A stretch of 63,803 bases of DNA, counting the filler, from an uncultured Methanosarcinales archaeon (GTDB taxonomy: Archaea; Nanobdellota; Nanobdellia; Woesearchaeales; B54-G15): the NCBI GenBank assembly GCA_964519225.1. It is 4 parts of 4 records of this genome, joined end to end, with 100 filler letters (N's around TTAATTAATTAA, not from the genome) between each part and the next. Parts side by side here need not be neighbours in the genome. Positions count along the whole stretch, not along the records: positions 26,864 to 57,043 come from CAZFJK010000009.1; positions 57,144 to 63,803 come from CAZFJK010000029.1; 2 more parts are not named here. The stretch is one strand, 5' to 3'. The notes below the pieces were generated by a model. It searched no databases and was not told where the DNA came from. It saw nothing but the letters and a program-made list of their open reading frames with translations. Positions 46,966-57,146 of this stretch are shown here, piece after piece (the stretch's first letter is position 1; the number at the start of each line of letters is the position of its first letter). Both the position numbers and the translations under genes were made by a program.

Positions 46966-49368
46966 ATGCCCGAGAAAATCACAACACAGTACATTGAAGA
47001 TGAGATGAGGCAGAGCTATCTAGACTATGGTATGTCAGTTATCATAGGCAGAGCTCTGCCAGATGTTAGAGACGGCTTAAAACCAGTCCATCGAAGAATT
47101 CTCTATGCAATGTACCAAATGGGCTTGACTCACGATAAACCATTCAAAAAATGTGCACGCGTTGTAGGAGACACCCTTGGCCGCTACCATCCTCATGGAG
47201 ATACAGCAGTTTATGATGCGCTTGTTCGAATGGCTCAACCATTTGCTTTACGCTATCCTCTTATTCAAGGTCAAGGAAACTTCGGCAGCATAGATGGCGA
47301 TGCACCAGCTGCAATGCGCTATACAGAATGCAGACTTACTTCTTTTGCATCAGAATGCCTCAAAGACATCAATAAAAACACAGTCCGCTTTGTTCCAAAC
47401 TTCGACGCTTCTCTAAAAGAACCAACATGTCTACCAGCTTTACCTCCATTGCTGCTACTAAATGGCTCTACTGGAATAGCTGTTGGAATGGCAACAAACA
47501 TTCCACCACATAACCTTGCAGAAACAGTCGATGCAATCATCGCATACATCGATAATCCTTCAATAACCATCGACGAACTAATGCAACACATAAAAGGACC
47601 AGATTTTCCAACAGGTGCTCTAATCGTCGGCTCAAAAGGAATCATCTCGGCTTATAAAACAGGAAAAGGAAAAGTAAGGATAAGAGCAAAATGCGAAATC
47701 GAAGACAACAAGATAATAATAACAGAAATCCCTTTCATGCTGAACAAATCATCTCTCATCGAAGAAATCGCTTCTCTCGTTAGAGAAGGAAAAATCGATG
47801 GTATTACAGACATACGCGATGAGTCGAGCAGAGGAAAGTTAAGGGTACTCCTTATGCTTAAAAAATCAATCAATCCTGAAATCGTATTAAAACAGCTATA
47901 TCTTCATACAAGATTGCAAACAACCTTCGGAATAATCTTCCTTGCTCTTGTCGATGGAGTTCCAACCCTTCTAAACCTAAAAGACATAATAGCGCACTAT
48001 GTTTCACACAGAAAAACCGTCATCACAAAAAGACTCGAATTCGAGCTTACACAAGCATCAAAGCGAGAACACATCGTAAAAGGGCTCCTAACAGCACTAT
48101 CAAACATCGAAAAAACAATCGACATAATCAAGAAAAGCAGATCTCCTGCTGAAGCATCAACAGCATTAATGCAATCATTTTCAATAACAAAAGAACAGGC
48201 AAAAGCAATACTTGAAATGCCATTGCAAAGACTCACAACCCTTGAATCAGCTGCGCTTGAAGAAGAACACAAAAAACTTACAGAGCAAATAAAAAAACTA
48301 CGTTTCATCCTTTCTTCAGAAAAAGAAATTCTAAACATAATCAAAGAAGAACTCCTACAGCTAAAGAAGAAATATGCCGATGAAAGAAGAACAACAATCT
48401 TGCCAGAAGAGGAAGAAATAACTATTGAGGAAATAATAGTGCCAGAACTTTCAATAGTTACGATAACAAGAAAGGGTTTCATAAAAAGAACATCACTCGC
48501 ACTTTTTAGACGACAAAGAAGGGGAGGTAAAGGCTTATCAACACTCTACTCTGCTGATGACGTCATAGAACATCTCTTTATTGCGAAAACAACAGCTCAG
48601 CTTCTTGTATTCACAAACAAAGGAAAAGTCCATTGGATTCCGGTATATAAGCTACCAGATGCTTCACGCTACGCAAAAGGAAAACACATCTCCAGCTTTA
48701 TCCAATTTTCAAAAGATGAAAAGATTGCAACAATAATCCCGATTGAAGAATTCAAAAACAACCTCATTATGATAACGAAAAAAGGCATGATTAAGAAGTT
48801 GCCCCTTTCTTTGCTCAAAAAACCACGGCGTGGCGGAATTATTGCAATATCCCTCAGCAATGACGATTCGCTCGTCAGCGTAATTCACGCTAGGGAAGAA
48901 GATGAACTTTTAATCGCAACCAAAAAAGGAATGGCTCTTCGCTTTAAAGCAGCAGAAGTTAGAGCAATGGGAAGAACAGCAAAAGGCGTAAAAGGAATTC
49001 ATCTCAGAGAACAGGATAGTGTAATTGGCGTTGTAAAAGTTGAACCAGAAAAAGCCATTCTAACAGTAACAGAAAAGGGCTTTGGCAAAAGAACTCCTGC
49101 AAATCTCTATAGACTAACCCATAGGGCAGGCATTGGCGTTAGAAACATCATCTGCACAGAAAAAAACGGTTCTGCTGTTGCAATTGCATCAGTGTCGGAT
49201 AAAGATGAAATTATCATTGCAACAAAACATGGCTTAGCTATCAGAATAAAAGCAAAAGAAATCCCTCTTATAGGAAGAGCAACTCACGGCGTAAAACTAA
49301 TAAAACTCTCAGAACAAGACACTGTTATTTCAATCACCGTCGTTAAAGAAGAACTCGAAAATGCATGA
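46966..49368 (+). CDS. gyrA: DNA gyrase subunit A
   Basis: [29 protein letters not shown] catalytic Tyr, GyrA-box QRRGGKG, beta-pinwheel repeats. Confidence 0.97.
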   Translation: MPEKITTQYIEDEMRQSYLDYGMSVIIGRALPDVRDGLKPVHRRILYAMYQMGLTHDKPFKKCARVVGDTLGRYHPHGDTAVYDALVRMAQPFALRYPLIQGQGNFGSIDGDAPAAMRYTECRLTSFASECLKDINKNTVRFVPNFDASLKEPTCLPALPPLLLLNGSTGIAVGMATNIPPHNLAETVDAIIAYIDNPSITIDELMQHIKGPDFPTGALIVGSKGIISAYKTGKGKVRIRAKCEIEDNKIIITEIPFMLNKSSLIEEIASLVREGKIDGITDIRDESSRGKLRVLLMLKKSINPEIVLKQLYLHTRLQTTFGIIFLALVDGVPTLLNLKDIIAHYVSHRKTVITKRLEFELTQASKREHIVKGLLTALSNIEKTIDIIKKSRSPAEASTALMQSFSITKEQAKAILEMPLQRLTTLESAALEEEHKKLTEQIKKLRFILSSEKEILNIIKEELLQLKKKYADERRTTILPEEEEITIEEIIVPELSIVTITRKGFIKRTSLALFRRQRRGGKGLSTLYSADDVIEHLFIAKTTAQLLVFTNKGKVHWIPVYKLPDASRYAKGKHISSFIQFSKDEKIATIIPIEEFKNNLIMITKKGMIKKLPLSLLKKPRRGGIIAISLSNDDSLVSVIHAREEDELLIATKKGMALRFKAAEVRAMGRTAKGVKGIHLREQDSVIGVVKVEPEKAILTVTEKGFGKRTPANLYRLTHRAGIGVRNIICTEKNGSAVAIASVSDKDEIIIATKHGLAIRIKAKEIPLIGRATHGVKLIKLSEQDTVISITVVKEELENA

Positions 49369-50437
49369 TGTTTTCTTTCTAACCTTATCAGGACTTGTGC
49401 CAATAGCAGAAACAGAAATCCATTCAATAATCAGCATAACCAAAAATAAAATAAAAAAGCTAACAGATTCAGCAATTCAATTGAAAACTTCTCTACAAAA
49501 TGCATGCCTTCTTACATATGCTTCTCAAACTGCAAAATCAGTTCTTGTAAAAGTCGGCGAATCAGATAAGGAAATGAGAAAAATAAACATTCAAAGTCTT
49601 GAACCTTTCATCGGAAAGCAAAAAACCTTTGCTATCAGGAGCCTTAGCAAAGACAAAACCATTGAAGAAAAAATCGGAGCCGAACTTAAACAACACACCA
49701 ACTTAAAAGTATCTCTTAAAACACCAGAACTGCTGTTCATTGCTTTTCAGCACGAGAACAAAATCCATATCTGCATTGATCTTGCAGGATTCGAACTCGC
49801 AAAAAGAGCGTACAGAATTTACATACATCAAGAAACAATAAAAGCACCGTTAGCTTTTGCCGCAACAACTTTAGCAAATTATAATTCCTTGCTCGACCCG
49901 TTTTGCGGTTCTGGCATAATCCCAATCGAAGCAGCACTCAACAAAACAAGCATCTCACCACATTTCTATTCAAAACAAAAATTCCTTTTTACAAAATTCC
50001 CAACCATCGATCCAGACGACATATTCGCATTATGCGACAGTAAGATAAAAAAAGAAATAAAAGAAAAAATATATGCTTCAGACAAAAACCCAAGTTTCTT
50101 AAGGGGCGCAGAAAAAAATGCAATACTCGCTGGCGTAAAACAAAATATCTCGTTCAGCCGTCTGGATATAAAAGACCTTGACCTGAAATTCACTGAATCG
50201 TCAATCGATCTTATTGCAACGCAACCCCCGCCATTAACAAAACAAAACCGAAAATCTATCGAAAAACTATATACAGACTTCTTCTATCAAGCAGAATACA
50301 CAACAAGCGCTGTTTCCTGCATCACAACAGCAACATCTTTGCATGCACTTACTAAAGCAGCATCAAAATATCGCTTTGAAATAGAACGAACGCTTTCAGT
50401 CGAACAGAGTAAAATAGTTCTTTTCAAAAAAACCTAA
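49361..50437 (+). CDS. THUMP-domain RNA methyltransferase (Trm14/RlmL-like)
   Basis: [34 protein letters not shown]. Confidence 0.85.
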   Translation: MHDVFFLTLSGLVPIAETEIHSIISITKNKIKKLTDSAIQLKTSLQNACLLTYASQTAKSVLVKVGESDKEMRKINIQSLEPFIGKQKTFAIRSLSKDKTIEEKIGAELKQHTNLKVSLKTPELLFIAFQHENKIHICIDLAGFELAKRAYRIYIHQETIKAPLAFAATTLANYNSLLDPFCGSGIIPIEAALNKTSISPHFYSKQKFLFTKFPTIDPDDIFALCDSKIKKEIKEKIYASDKNPSFLRGAEKNAILAGVKQNISFSRLDIKDLDLKFTESSIDLIATQPPPLTKQNRKSIEKLYTDFFYQAEYTTSAVSCITTATSLHALTKAASKYRFEIERTLSVEQSKIVLFKKT

Positions 50438-51575
50438 ATCCAATAACATCAGCAATAGCATACACCATACCAAAAGCATAAAGAGCAATTATCAAAAAAG
50501 AAAATACAAAATTCTTTGGTACTCTATACTCAGGTTGCCTATTCCCGAGCTTTTCACTCCTTTTTGCCATCAACACGACCAGAATGCCGGTCAATCCCAA
50601 ACCTACAGCGCCCGTTACTTCAATAATCTTTGCAAATCCGACAAACCCCCTGACAACAAAAAACAGACCGAGTGGAATAATGCAGCTCAAAAACCAGCTC
50701 AGCTTGTCACTCAAACCGTAGTCGTAGTTATACATTCCCTTCAATGCAAAAGCGAGCGTTATAAAACATGTAAACATAGCAAAAACAGCAAAAATGTTTC
50801 CGAGCAATAGCATTGCTTCGCCCAAAACATTACCCAATCCAATAGTTGCAACTTCCGTCGTTGCTTTTCCAGTAATTCCAACAACAAGCATGGCAAAAAC
50901 AGCATATATAACCATAGAAATAATCATTCCAAGAACAATACTTTTTTTCAACAATTTTTCTTTCCTCAAAAGCTCTTCCCTCATTTCAGGTATTGCAGCA
51001 GTCGCACCATAAGCAAAAAGAACAACACCATAAGGGATAAATATCCTCTTTAAACTGAATTCTCCAAGGTTACCAAAGTCGATATGTTTAAACCCAAAGA
51101 AGAAAACCACACCAACAATCACCAACATCAGCGGAACAAAAATCAGTTCACTTTTTGCAATGGTCTTCAACCCAAAATAAACTATTAAACATACAACAGT
51201 AAAGAATATTAATGAATAAAGCAACTGACTTCCAAAACCAAATATTGCAAACAACACTTCTCCTTCACCAACAAGATATGCAACAAGAGCACCATAAATT
51301 CCAAAAACCATTGAAAAAGCCATCAACCTCTTTCCCCATTTTCCAAGATATCTTGCAGCATATCCAGTAAGCTGATGAATCCCTCGCGTTCTTAAACAAA
51401 CCTCCCCAACATATAAGTTCATCAACATTACCAAAAGCCCAATCAGAACAACATCAACCAAAGCTGTTAAAAACCCGGCCTTAGCACTAACATAAGGAAT
51501 AGCAAATATGCCTGCTCCAATTACTGTGCCAATCAATGTAGCAGTAGCTTCAGCAAGCGCTTTCATCTTGCTCAT
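50424..51575 (-). CDS. Amino acid permease (aromatic/HAAAP-like)
   Basis: GTVIGAGIFAIPY, YGVVLFAY, about 11 TMs. Confidence 0.88.
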   Translation of the reverse strand: MSKMKALAEATATLIGTVIGAGIFAIPYVSAKAGFLTALVDVVLIGLLVMLMNLYVGEVCLRTRGIHQLTGYAARYLGKWGKRLMAFSMVFGIYGALVAYLVGEGEVLFAIFGFGSQLLYSLIFFTVVCLIVYFGLKTIAKSELIFVPLMLVIVGVVFFFGFKHIDFGNLGEFSLKRIFIPYGVVLFAYGATAAIPEMREELLRKEKLLKKSIVLGMIISMVIYAVFAMLVVGITGKATTEVATIGLGNVLGEAMLLLGNIFAVFAMFTCFITLAFALKGMYNYDYGLSDKLSWFLSCIIPLGLFFVVRGFVGFAKIIEVTGAVGLGLTGILVVLMAKRSEKLGNRQPEYRVPKNFVFSFLIIALYAFGMVYAIADVIGFRFF

Positions 51576-51669
51576 CTAATTACTCTTAAAAATTTGTGTA
51601 GAATTAAAAACGTTTCTTAACACTTTTAAGGCATAAAAAGAAAAAAGAAAATCAAAAAATCAAGCAAGC

Positions 51670-51786
51670 TTATCTTCTCTTCTTCTTCTTGGTTTTCTTC
51701 TTAGTGGTTTTCTTCTTTTTGCCACCTTTCTTGGCTTTTTTCTTAGCACTCTTTTTCTTAGCACCTTTTTTCTTCTTTGCAGGCAT
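51670..51786 (-). CDS. 38-aa histone H1/protamine-like basic peptide
   Basis: MPAKKKKGAKKKSAKKKAKKGGKKKKTTKKKTKKKKRR; SD GAGGTGA 8 nt upstream; TATA-like TTTATA further upstream; T-rich tract downstream. Confidence 0.8.
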   Translation of the reverse strand: MPAKKKKGAKKKSAKKKAKKGGKKKKTTKKKTKKKKRR

Positions 51787-51912
51787 TTTTTGTTTCACCT
51801 CTTTTTGTTTTTAAATCCAAAAAATAAAACTGCTATAAAAACTTTTTTCTTTAAAGAAATTACTGAAACACAAAACAGTAAAATTTAATAAGTCTAAAAG
51901 AACTTTCTGACC

Positions 51913-52200
51913 ATGCAAAAACAAAAATATATGATTATCTATTCCTTGTCAAAGCAAAAACCAAAACAAAAATCAAAGTTTAATAGAGAATTGTTTGGCT
52001 ATAAAGACAATTCAAATTTCGGAAAATACAACTATTCAAGAAAAGGGCTTCTCCTGAAAACAGAATTTTCAAAACCTTTTCCAACAACAATCATTCTCAG
52101 AAAAACAGCAATAAAGAAAATACCAAAATTAAGAATTCTCTTTAGAAAATACAAGGTAAAATATCGCATATACAGAATAACTGGGGGCGCTGGGATTTGA
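51913..52200 (+). CDS. Small basic hypothetical protein (possible Cas2/VapD-like fold)
   Basis: MIIYSL...KFNRELFGY...Y.RKGLL; 3' end overlaps tRNA-Trp on the opposite strand. Confidence 0.6.
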   Translation: MQKQKYMIIYSLSKQKPKQKSKFNRELFGYKDNSNFGKYNYSRKGLLLKTEFSKPFPTTIILRKTAIKKIPKLRILFRKYKVKYRIYRITGGAGI

Positions 52201-52255
52201 ACCCAGATCTGCCGGTCTGGAGCCGGCTGTAATAGCCTGGTTATACTACGCCCCC
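52182..52255 (-). tRNA. tRNA-Trp(CCA), intron-less
   Basis: GGGGGCG/CGCCCCC, GCCGG-CTCCAGA-CCGGC, GGTTCAAATCC. Confidence 0.95.
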
Positions 52256-52256
52256 A

Positions 52257-52331
52257 TGGGCCTGGAGGGATTCGAACCCCCGATCTGCGGCTTAGAAGGC
52301 CGCCGCCTTATCCAGACTAGGCTACAGGCCC
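52257..52331 (-). tRNA. tRNA-Arg(TCT)
   Basis: GGGCCTG/CAGGCCC, GCGGC-CTTCTAA-GCCGC, GGTTCGAATCC. Confidence 0.95.
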
Positions 52332-52347
52332 ATCAGGAAGAGAAAAC

Positions 52348-53013
52348 CTAAGCTAAATATTTAACTTTTTCTCTCGACATCAAATTAAGTCTTCTATTTA
52401 TCTCAGTGATAAGCCTTTCTCCTTCAACATCAACACTTGCAAACGAATATTCTGGCCACGGATGCAGCACAACAATCCCTTTTCGAGAATAAAATATCTT
52501 TGTAGCAGAATCAGGAAATCCTTTAGTAAATTCGTACACAAATTCTTCAAAACCTTTTGTGCCGAATCCAAGAAGATGATCGTAAAAACTCTTTCCGAAA
52601 TTCGATTTCAGATTCAGATCAGCAGCAAAATAATCATCTTCAGATATTCTTACAGCCATGCCAACTTTTTTATCTGGTTTTTTCCGTCTAAACACCTTCT
52701 GATTTAAAATAGAATACCCCTTTCTATTAAACTCGCTGAATCCGTTTTGCACAACTTCTTCATCAAAATTTTTAGAACACGTATACATATCAATCCTAAA
52801 CAAACCATTAGCTCTTCTACAATAAACATGCGATTCAGAAACTATAACAACCACCCCATTTTCTACCTTAAATCTTTTAACCGCATTCAATCCAAAATCC
52901 TTTACAATTTCATTAACTAGGGAATCCAACCCAATGATTTCTCTCCCTTTATCTTTTCCACAAAAAAACCTCACATGCAATCCAAAATCTTTTCTGCTTC
53001 CTCTATATAGCAT
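52348..53013 (-). CDS. Pyruvoyl-dependent AdoMetDC (SpeD/SpeH)-like protein with two tandem modules
   Basis: Module 1 VVIVSESH...IDMYTCS; module 2 VLHPWPEYSFASVDV. Confidence 0.75.
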   Translation of the reverse strand: MLYRGSRKDFGLHVRFFCGKDKGREIIGLDSLVNEIVKDFGLNAVKRFKVENGVVVIVSESHVYCRRANGLFRIDMYTCSKNFDEEVVQNGFSEFNRKGYSILNQKVFRRKKPDKKVGMAVRISEDDYFAADLNLKSNFGKSFYDHLLGFGTKGFEEFVYEFTKGFPDSATKIFYSRKGIVVLHPWPEYSFASVDVEGERLITEINRRLNLMSREKVKYLA

Positions 53014-53063
53014 ATCCCCCAGGTTATTAAAAATCCAAATTTAAAACTTCCGCTTAAATAAAA

Positions 53064-54059
53064 TCAAAGAAGTAGTTTTCTGTATCTCTCCATATCTCCA
53101 TCATCGAGAGCCCACGCTCTAAAAACACCTATAATTTCCTTGAACGCATCGCTATACTCCTTCGGAATTTCATCTTTGTGTTGAACAATACCAGGAATAT
53201 CATAAACATCTGGAGTTTCCATTATGATTTTGAATATAAATCCGTATGCATCGATTACGCGTTTGACCCAATGACTATGATAATCCCACACATCATAAAT
53301 TTCGGCTTCTCCTCTTAGTCCCACCGCTTCCTCACATTGTGCTATAGTCTTTACCAAAAGCGCTTTTTTATATAACTCATCTATCGAATATTGCGGAAAT
53401 ATCTTTCTAAATCGTTCAGAAACATCAATAACAAGTTTTTCAGAATGTATAAAATGGGCAATTTCACCTATAGCCCACGCTATTTCCTCGAGTGTTTTAC
53501 CCTCTTTTTTGTCAATGTTCTTTTTATTCAGTTTAAAATATCGTTTATATTCAAGGAAAGTTTCAACAGCTTTATTAACTGCATCTTCGGAAAGAGTATA
53601 TCTAGCTATAAGTCCTGTCACTTTAGCAATCTCATGCAAAACCTTGGAATCAGGAAATGTTGAAAATAGATTTATTAATTCCGGACTGCTTAAAATTCTA
53701 AGGAATTGTTTAAAAGCAGCATAAGGATTCGGACGATTTCCACCAGCAAGGTATTTACATCGTATAGCTTCAAGGTCGCCTACAAATTTTTTGACCGATG
53801 TATGAATTTCATCCAGAACTGGAGTTCGCTTGTAAATATTAATCACAGAGTCAAGCAAGAGTAAAATTTCTCGAAGCTTTTCTTTGGTTTTGTTGCTATT
53901 ATAATCAAAAAAATCGTGAAGGTTAGAACAAAAATTGCAAAAACAATCTTTTTTATCATCATAATACATCAAAAGTTCTTTCATGCGTTCTTTATTCTCA
54001 TACGGCCCGTTTTCTAACTCGGCGATAATATTGTCTATTCCCATACGAAGTTTTCCCAT
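53064..54059 (-). CDS. Hypothetical alpha-helical protein with internal repeats
   Basis: LHEIAKVTGLIARYTLSE / LEEIAWAIGEIAHFIHSE. Confidence 0.7.
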   Translation of the reverse strand: MGKLRMGIDNIIAELENGPYENKERMKELLMYYDDKKDCFCNFCSNLHDFFDYNSNKTKEKLREILLLLDSVINIYKRTPVLDEIHTSVKKFVGDLEAIRCKYLAGGNRPNPYAAFKQFLRILSSPELINLFSTFPDSKVLHEIAKVTGLIARYTLSEDAVNKAVETFLEYKRYFKLNKKNIDKKEGKTLEEIAWAIGEIAHFIHSEKLVIDVSERFRKIFPQYSIDELYKKALLVKTIAQCEEAVGLRGEAEIYDVWDYHSHWVKRVIDAYGFIFKIIMETPDVYDIPGIVQHKDEIPKEYSDAFKEIIGVFRAWALDDGDMERYRKLLL

Positions 54060-54098
54060 TCGCCAAATTTTAAATATTTTGATTGATATTCAGATTCT

Positions 54099-55181
54099 AT
54101 GCTAAACATCAACGGTAGCTATGGCGAAGGCGGTGGCCAGATCGTTAGAACAGCATTAGCACTATCAACATTAACTGGAATACCATTCAGCATAACAAAT
54201 ATAAGAAAGGCACGACCTCAGCCGGGTTTAAAGGCACAGCATCTACACTGCATAAAAGCATTAGAGCAGCTTTGCTCTGCAAAAGCAGAAAACGCATTTC
54301 TCGGCTCAACAGAATTAACATTCTATCCAGGAAAAATACAAAGCAAAACAATATCTATCGACATAGGTACAGCAGGCTCTATTTCATTGCTGTTACAAGC
54401 AATCCTTTTTCCCTCAATGTTCGCTCCAGGAAAGGTCAGACTTCGCATAAAAGGCGGTACAGCAGGAAAATGGGCAATGCCTTTTGAATACTTTATGCAT
54501 GTTCTCGTTCCAACAATATCCCTCTATGCAGAAATCGAGCCGAAATTAATACGCCGCGGCTATTACCCAAAAGGAAATGGTTTTGTTGATATAAAAATAA
54601 ATCCTTTTTATTCAATATCAGAATTCGATTCCTTTGAACAATTCTTAAAGCATATGCAACAGAATGCTCCGAAAATAAACCTGACAAAGCAAGGAAAACT
54701 AATAGCAATAAGAGGCATCTCACACGCTTCATCAGATCTGCAAAAAAACAGCGTAGCAGAACGTCAGGCAAAATCTGCAAAACAAATCTTAGCATCGCTC
54801 GACTGCCCGATAAAAATAGACGTAGAATACAGCAACACGCTTTCAACAGGCTCTGGAATAACTCTCTGGGCAATATTCGAGCACAACGACAAAAACTATT
54901 TCCTCGGCTCAGATGCCTTAGGTGAGCGCGGCAAAAGAGCAGAAGTCGTCGGCAAAGAAGCAGCAGAAAAACTCCTTTTTGAAATAAACTCCAAAGCATG
55001 CGCAGATCAACACCTTGCAGATAACCTCGTTCCATTCATCATCTTTGGCGGCAGCATAAAAACATCAATCATAACAGAACACTGCAGAACAAACGTCTGG
55101 GTTTGCAATCAATTCATCCCAAACGCGCTAAAAATAGATGAGAAAAACAAAACAATAACATTTATAAAAACACAAAAATAA
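54099..55181 (+). CDS. rtcA: RNA 3'-terminal phosphate cyclase
   Basis: GEGGGQIVR, RPQPGLKAQHL, GTAGSI, RRGYYPKG, DQHLADNL (adenylated His). Confidence 0.95.
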   Translation: MLNINGSYGEGGGQIVRTALALSTLTGIPFSITNIRKARPQPGLKAQHLHCIKALEQLCSAKAENAFLGSTELTFYPGKIQSKTISIDIGTAGSISLLLQAILFPSMFAPGKVRLRIKGGTAGKWAMPFEYFMHVLVPTISLYAEIEPKLIRRGYYPKGNGFVDIKINPFYSISEFDSFEQFLKHMQQNAPKINLTKQGKLIAIRGISHASSDLQKNSVAERQAKSAKQILASLDCPIKIDVEYSNTLSTGSGITLWAIFEHNDKNYFLGSDALGERGKRAEVVGKEAAEKLLFEINSKACADQHLADNLVPFIIFGGSIKTSIITEHCRTNVWVCNQFIPNALKIDEKNKTITFIKTQK

Positions 55182-55192
55182 AACAATTCTAC

Positions 55193-55321
55193 GCCGGGGT
55201 CGCATAGCCTGGCCATTGCGGAGGATTGCTAATCCTCTGCCCTTCGGGGCACGTGGGTTCGAATTTCACCCGCGAGGATTAGCGCTTCCATGACGGGTGA
55301 ATGGAAGTCCCACCCCCGGCG
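55193..55321 (+). tRNA. tRNA-Ser(GCT) with 44-nt T-loop intron (55264-55307, position 59/60)
   Basis: GCCGGGG/CCCCGGC, GAGGA-TTGCTAA-TCCTC, long variable arm; BHB: TTCG-AA^T-TTCACCCG...CGGGTGAA-TGGA-AG^T-CCCAC. Confidence 0.92.
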
Positions 55322-55330
55322 TTTCTCAAA

Positions 55331-57043
55331 ATGAAATGCCAAACAATTTGCATAGCAATCATCACTACCATCTTATTTCTAATTGCTTCATCAATACCAG
55401 CAACTGCAACAGACTGGCTTTCTTATCAGCAATACAAACTCAAAACAACAATCCAGACAGATATACACATCGTTAAAACCTCAGAAAAAGCAAGATTAGA
55501 AATGCTTGAAGCAAGAACTTCTCTATTTCCACAACAAACAGCTTCACAATCTGTTTTATCAATCACAACACAGCCAACTATCGCAGAAAAAAATCATGAA
55601 CTCGTGTTCAAATGGTATAATCCAAAAGAAGAAACCCTTTCTTACAAGATTGATGCTATTGTTCAAACAACTCCTGCAACATCGCAGATTAAAACAAAAA
55701 TCGCTTTCCCACCGAACATTGATAAAGAAAAATTCAACCTTTATCTAGAACCAACAGAACTCATCGACAGCAACAACCCGTTAATAAAAGAAAAAGCCGC
55801 CGAACTTGCAGCTGGCAAAGACGACCTGTTCGATGTTGTATTCACTCTTGCAAATTGGGTTTATCAGCATGTAAACTATAATGAACTTCTTGGAAAAGAA
55901 GTCAAAAAAGCTTCTTGGGTCTTAACATACAAACAAGGAACATGCGACGAATTCACAGCACTTTTCATCGCTTTCTGTCGCGCATTGGGCATTCCTGCAA
56001 AATACATATCAGGCATTGCATATTCAAATACAATCTCTGCTTTTGAAATGCATGCATGGGCTTCTGCTTATTTTCCAGGCTATGGATGGATTCCATTTGA
56101 TCCAACATACGGTCAATTCGGCTACATCGATGCAAGCCACATAACACTGAAAGAATCCAATGACGCAGAGACAAAAGCGGTTAAACTTGTATGGCGCGGC
56201 TCAGACATAGAAATCACAGCTTCGCAACCAAGCGCACTGGCCTATCTCCTCGACACTTCAGGAAAAAGAACATCGCCTATTGAAATCGCACCATCAATTC
56301 TATTCAAAAGAACTGGATTCGGCTCGTACAACTTAGTAAAAGCAATCATAACAAACAAAAACGATTTCTACATCACCGAGGAAATCTCGCTTGCAAAGCC
56401 GAATGAAATAGAACTCCTTGATGCACAAACAAAACATATTCTTCTAAAACCAAACGAAGAAAAACAAATCTTCTGGCGCATAAAGGTAAAGCCAGACCTT
56501 GAAAGAAATGCAATCTACACATTCCCTCTTATCATAAAATCAAATCTTTTATCAAAGCAACTGGAATTCAAATCAGCATACAAAGAAACAATCTATTCTC
56601 TTTCTACTGTAAATCAGCACGTTCCAGAGAAATTGCTTCCAAAAGAAGAGGGCATAGCTTTTCAATGCATAGCAGAAAAACAAACCCTTGCTGTAGGCGA
56701 ATCATCTCTTATCAGCTGCACATTAAAAAATAGCAATCCTTTTCCAATCGAACAACTTCAGCTCTGCTTTGACAAAGACTGCAAAACAGTCTCAATACAA
56801 TCAGGCGAAGAAAAAGTATTTCCATTTATTTTCACTTCAGAAAAAGCAGGAGAAAGAGACCTTACTGTAACGGCATCAAGTGAATTCTTCTCAAAGAAGA
56901 TAATTCTCACTTTCACCATTCTCGATGAACCAAAAATAGAGATAACAGACCTTTCTTATCCAGAAAAAGTCGAATACAACACAAAATTTACAATATCATT
57001 CACAATAAAAAAACTATCCTACAGGAATCCATCAAACGTGAAA
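55331..57043 (+). CDS. Secreted transglutaminase-domain protein (3' truncated)
   Basis: Signal peptide; GTCDEF, HAW, FDPT catalytic triad; Ig-like tail. Confidence 0.88.
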
Positions 57044-57143
57044 NNNNNNNNNNNNNNNNNNNNNNNNNNNNNNNNNNNNNNNNNNNNTTAATTAATTAAN
57101 NNNNNNNNNNNNNNNNNNNNNNNNNNNNNNNNNNNNNNNNNNN
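57044..57143. other. Artificial contig linker
   Basis: N-run, TTAATTAATTAA, N-run. Confidence 0.99.
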
Positions 57144-57146
57144 AAA

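Noticed and set aside
55301..55330. ORF-track start MEVPPPAFLK for the transglutaminase
   Set aside because: It lies inside the tRNA-Ser intron and 3' exon; ATG 55331 begins a proper signal peptide.
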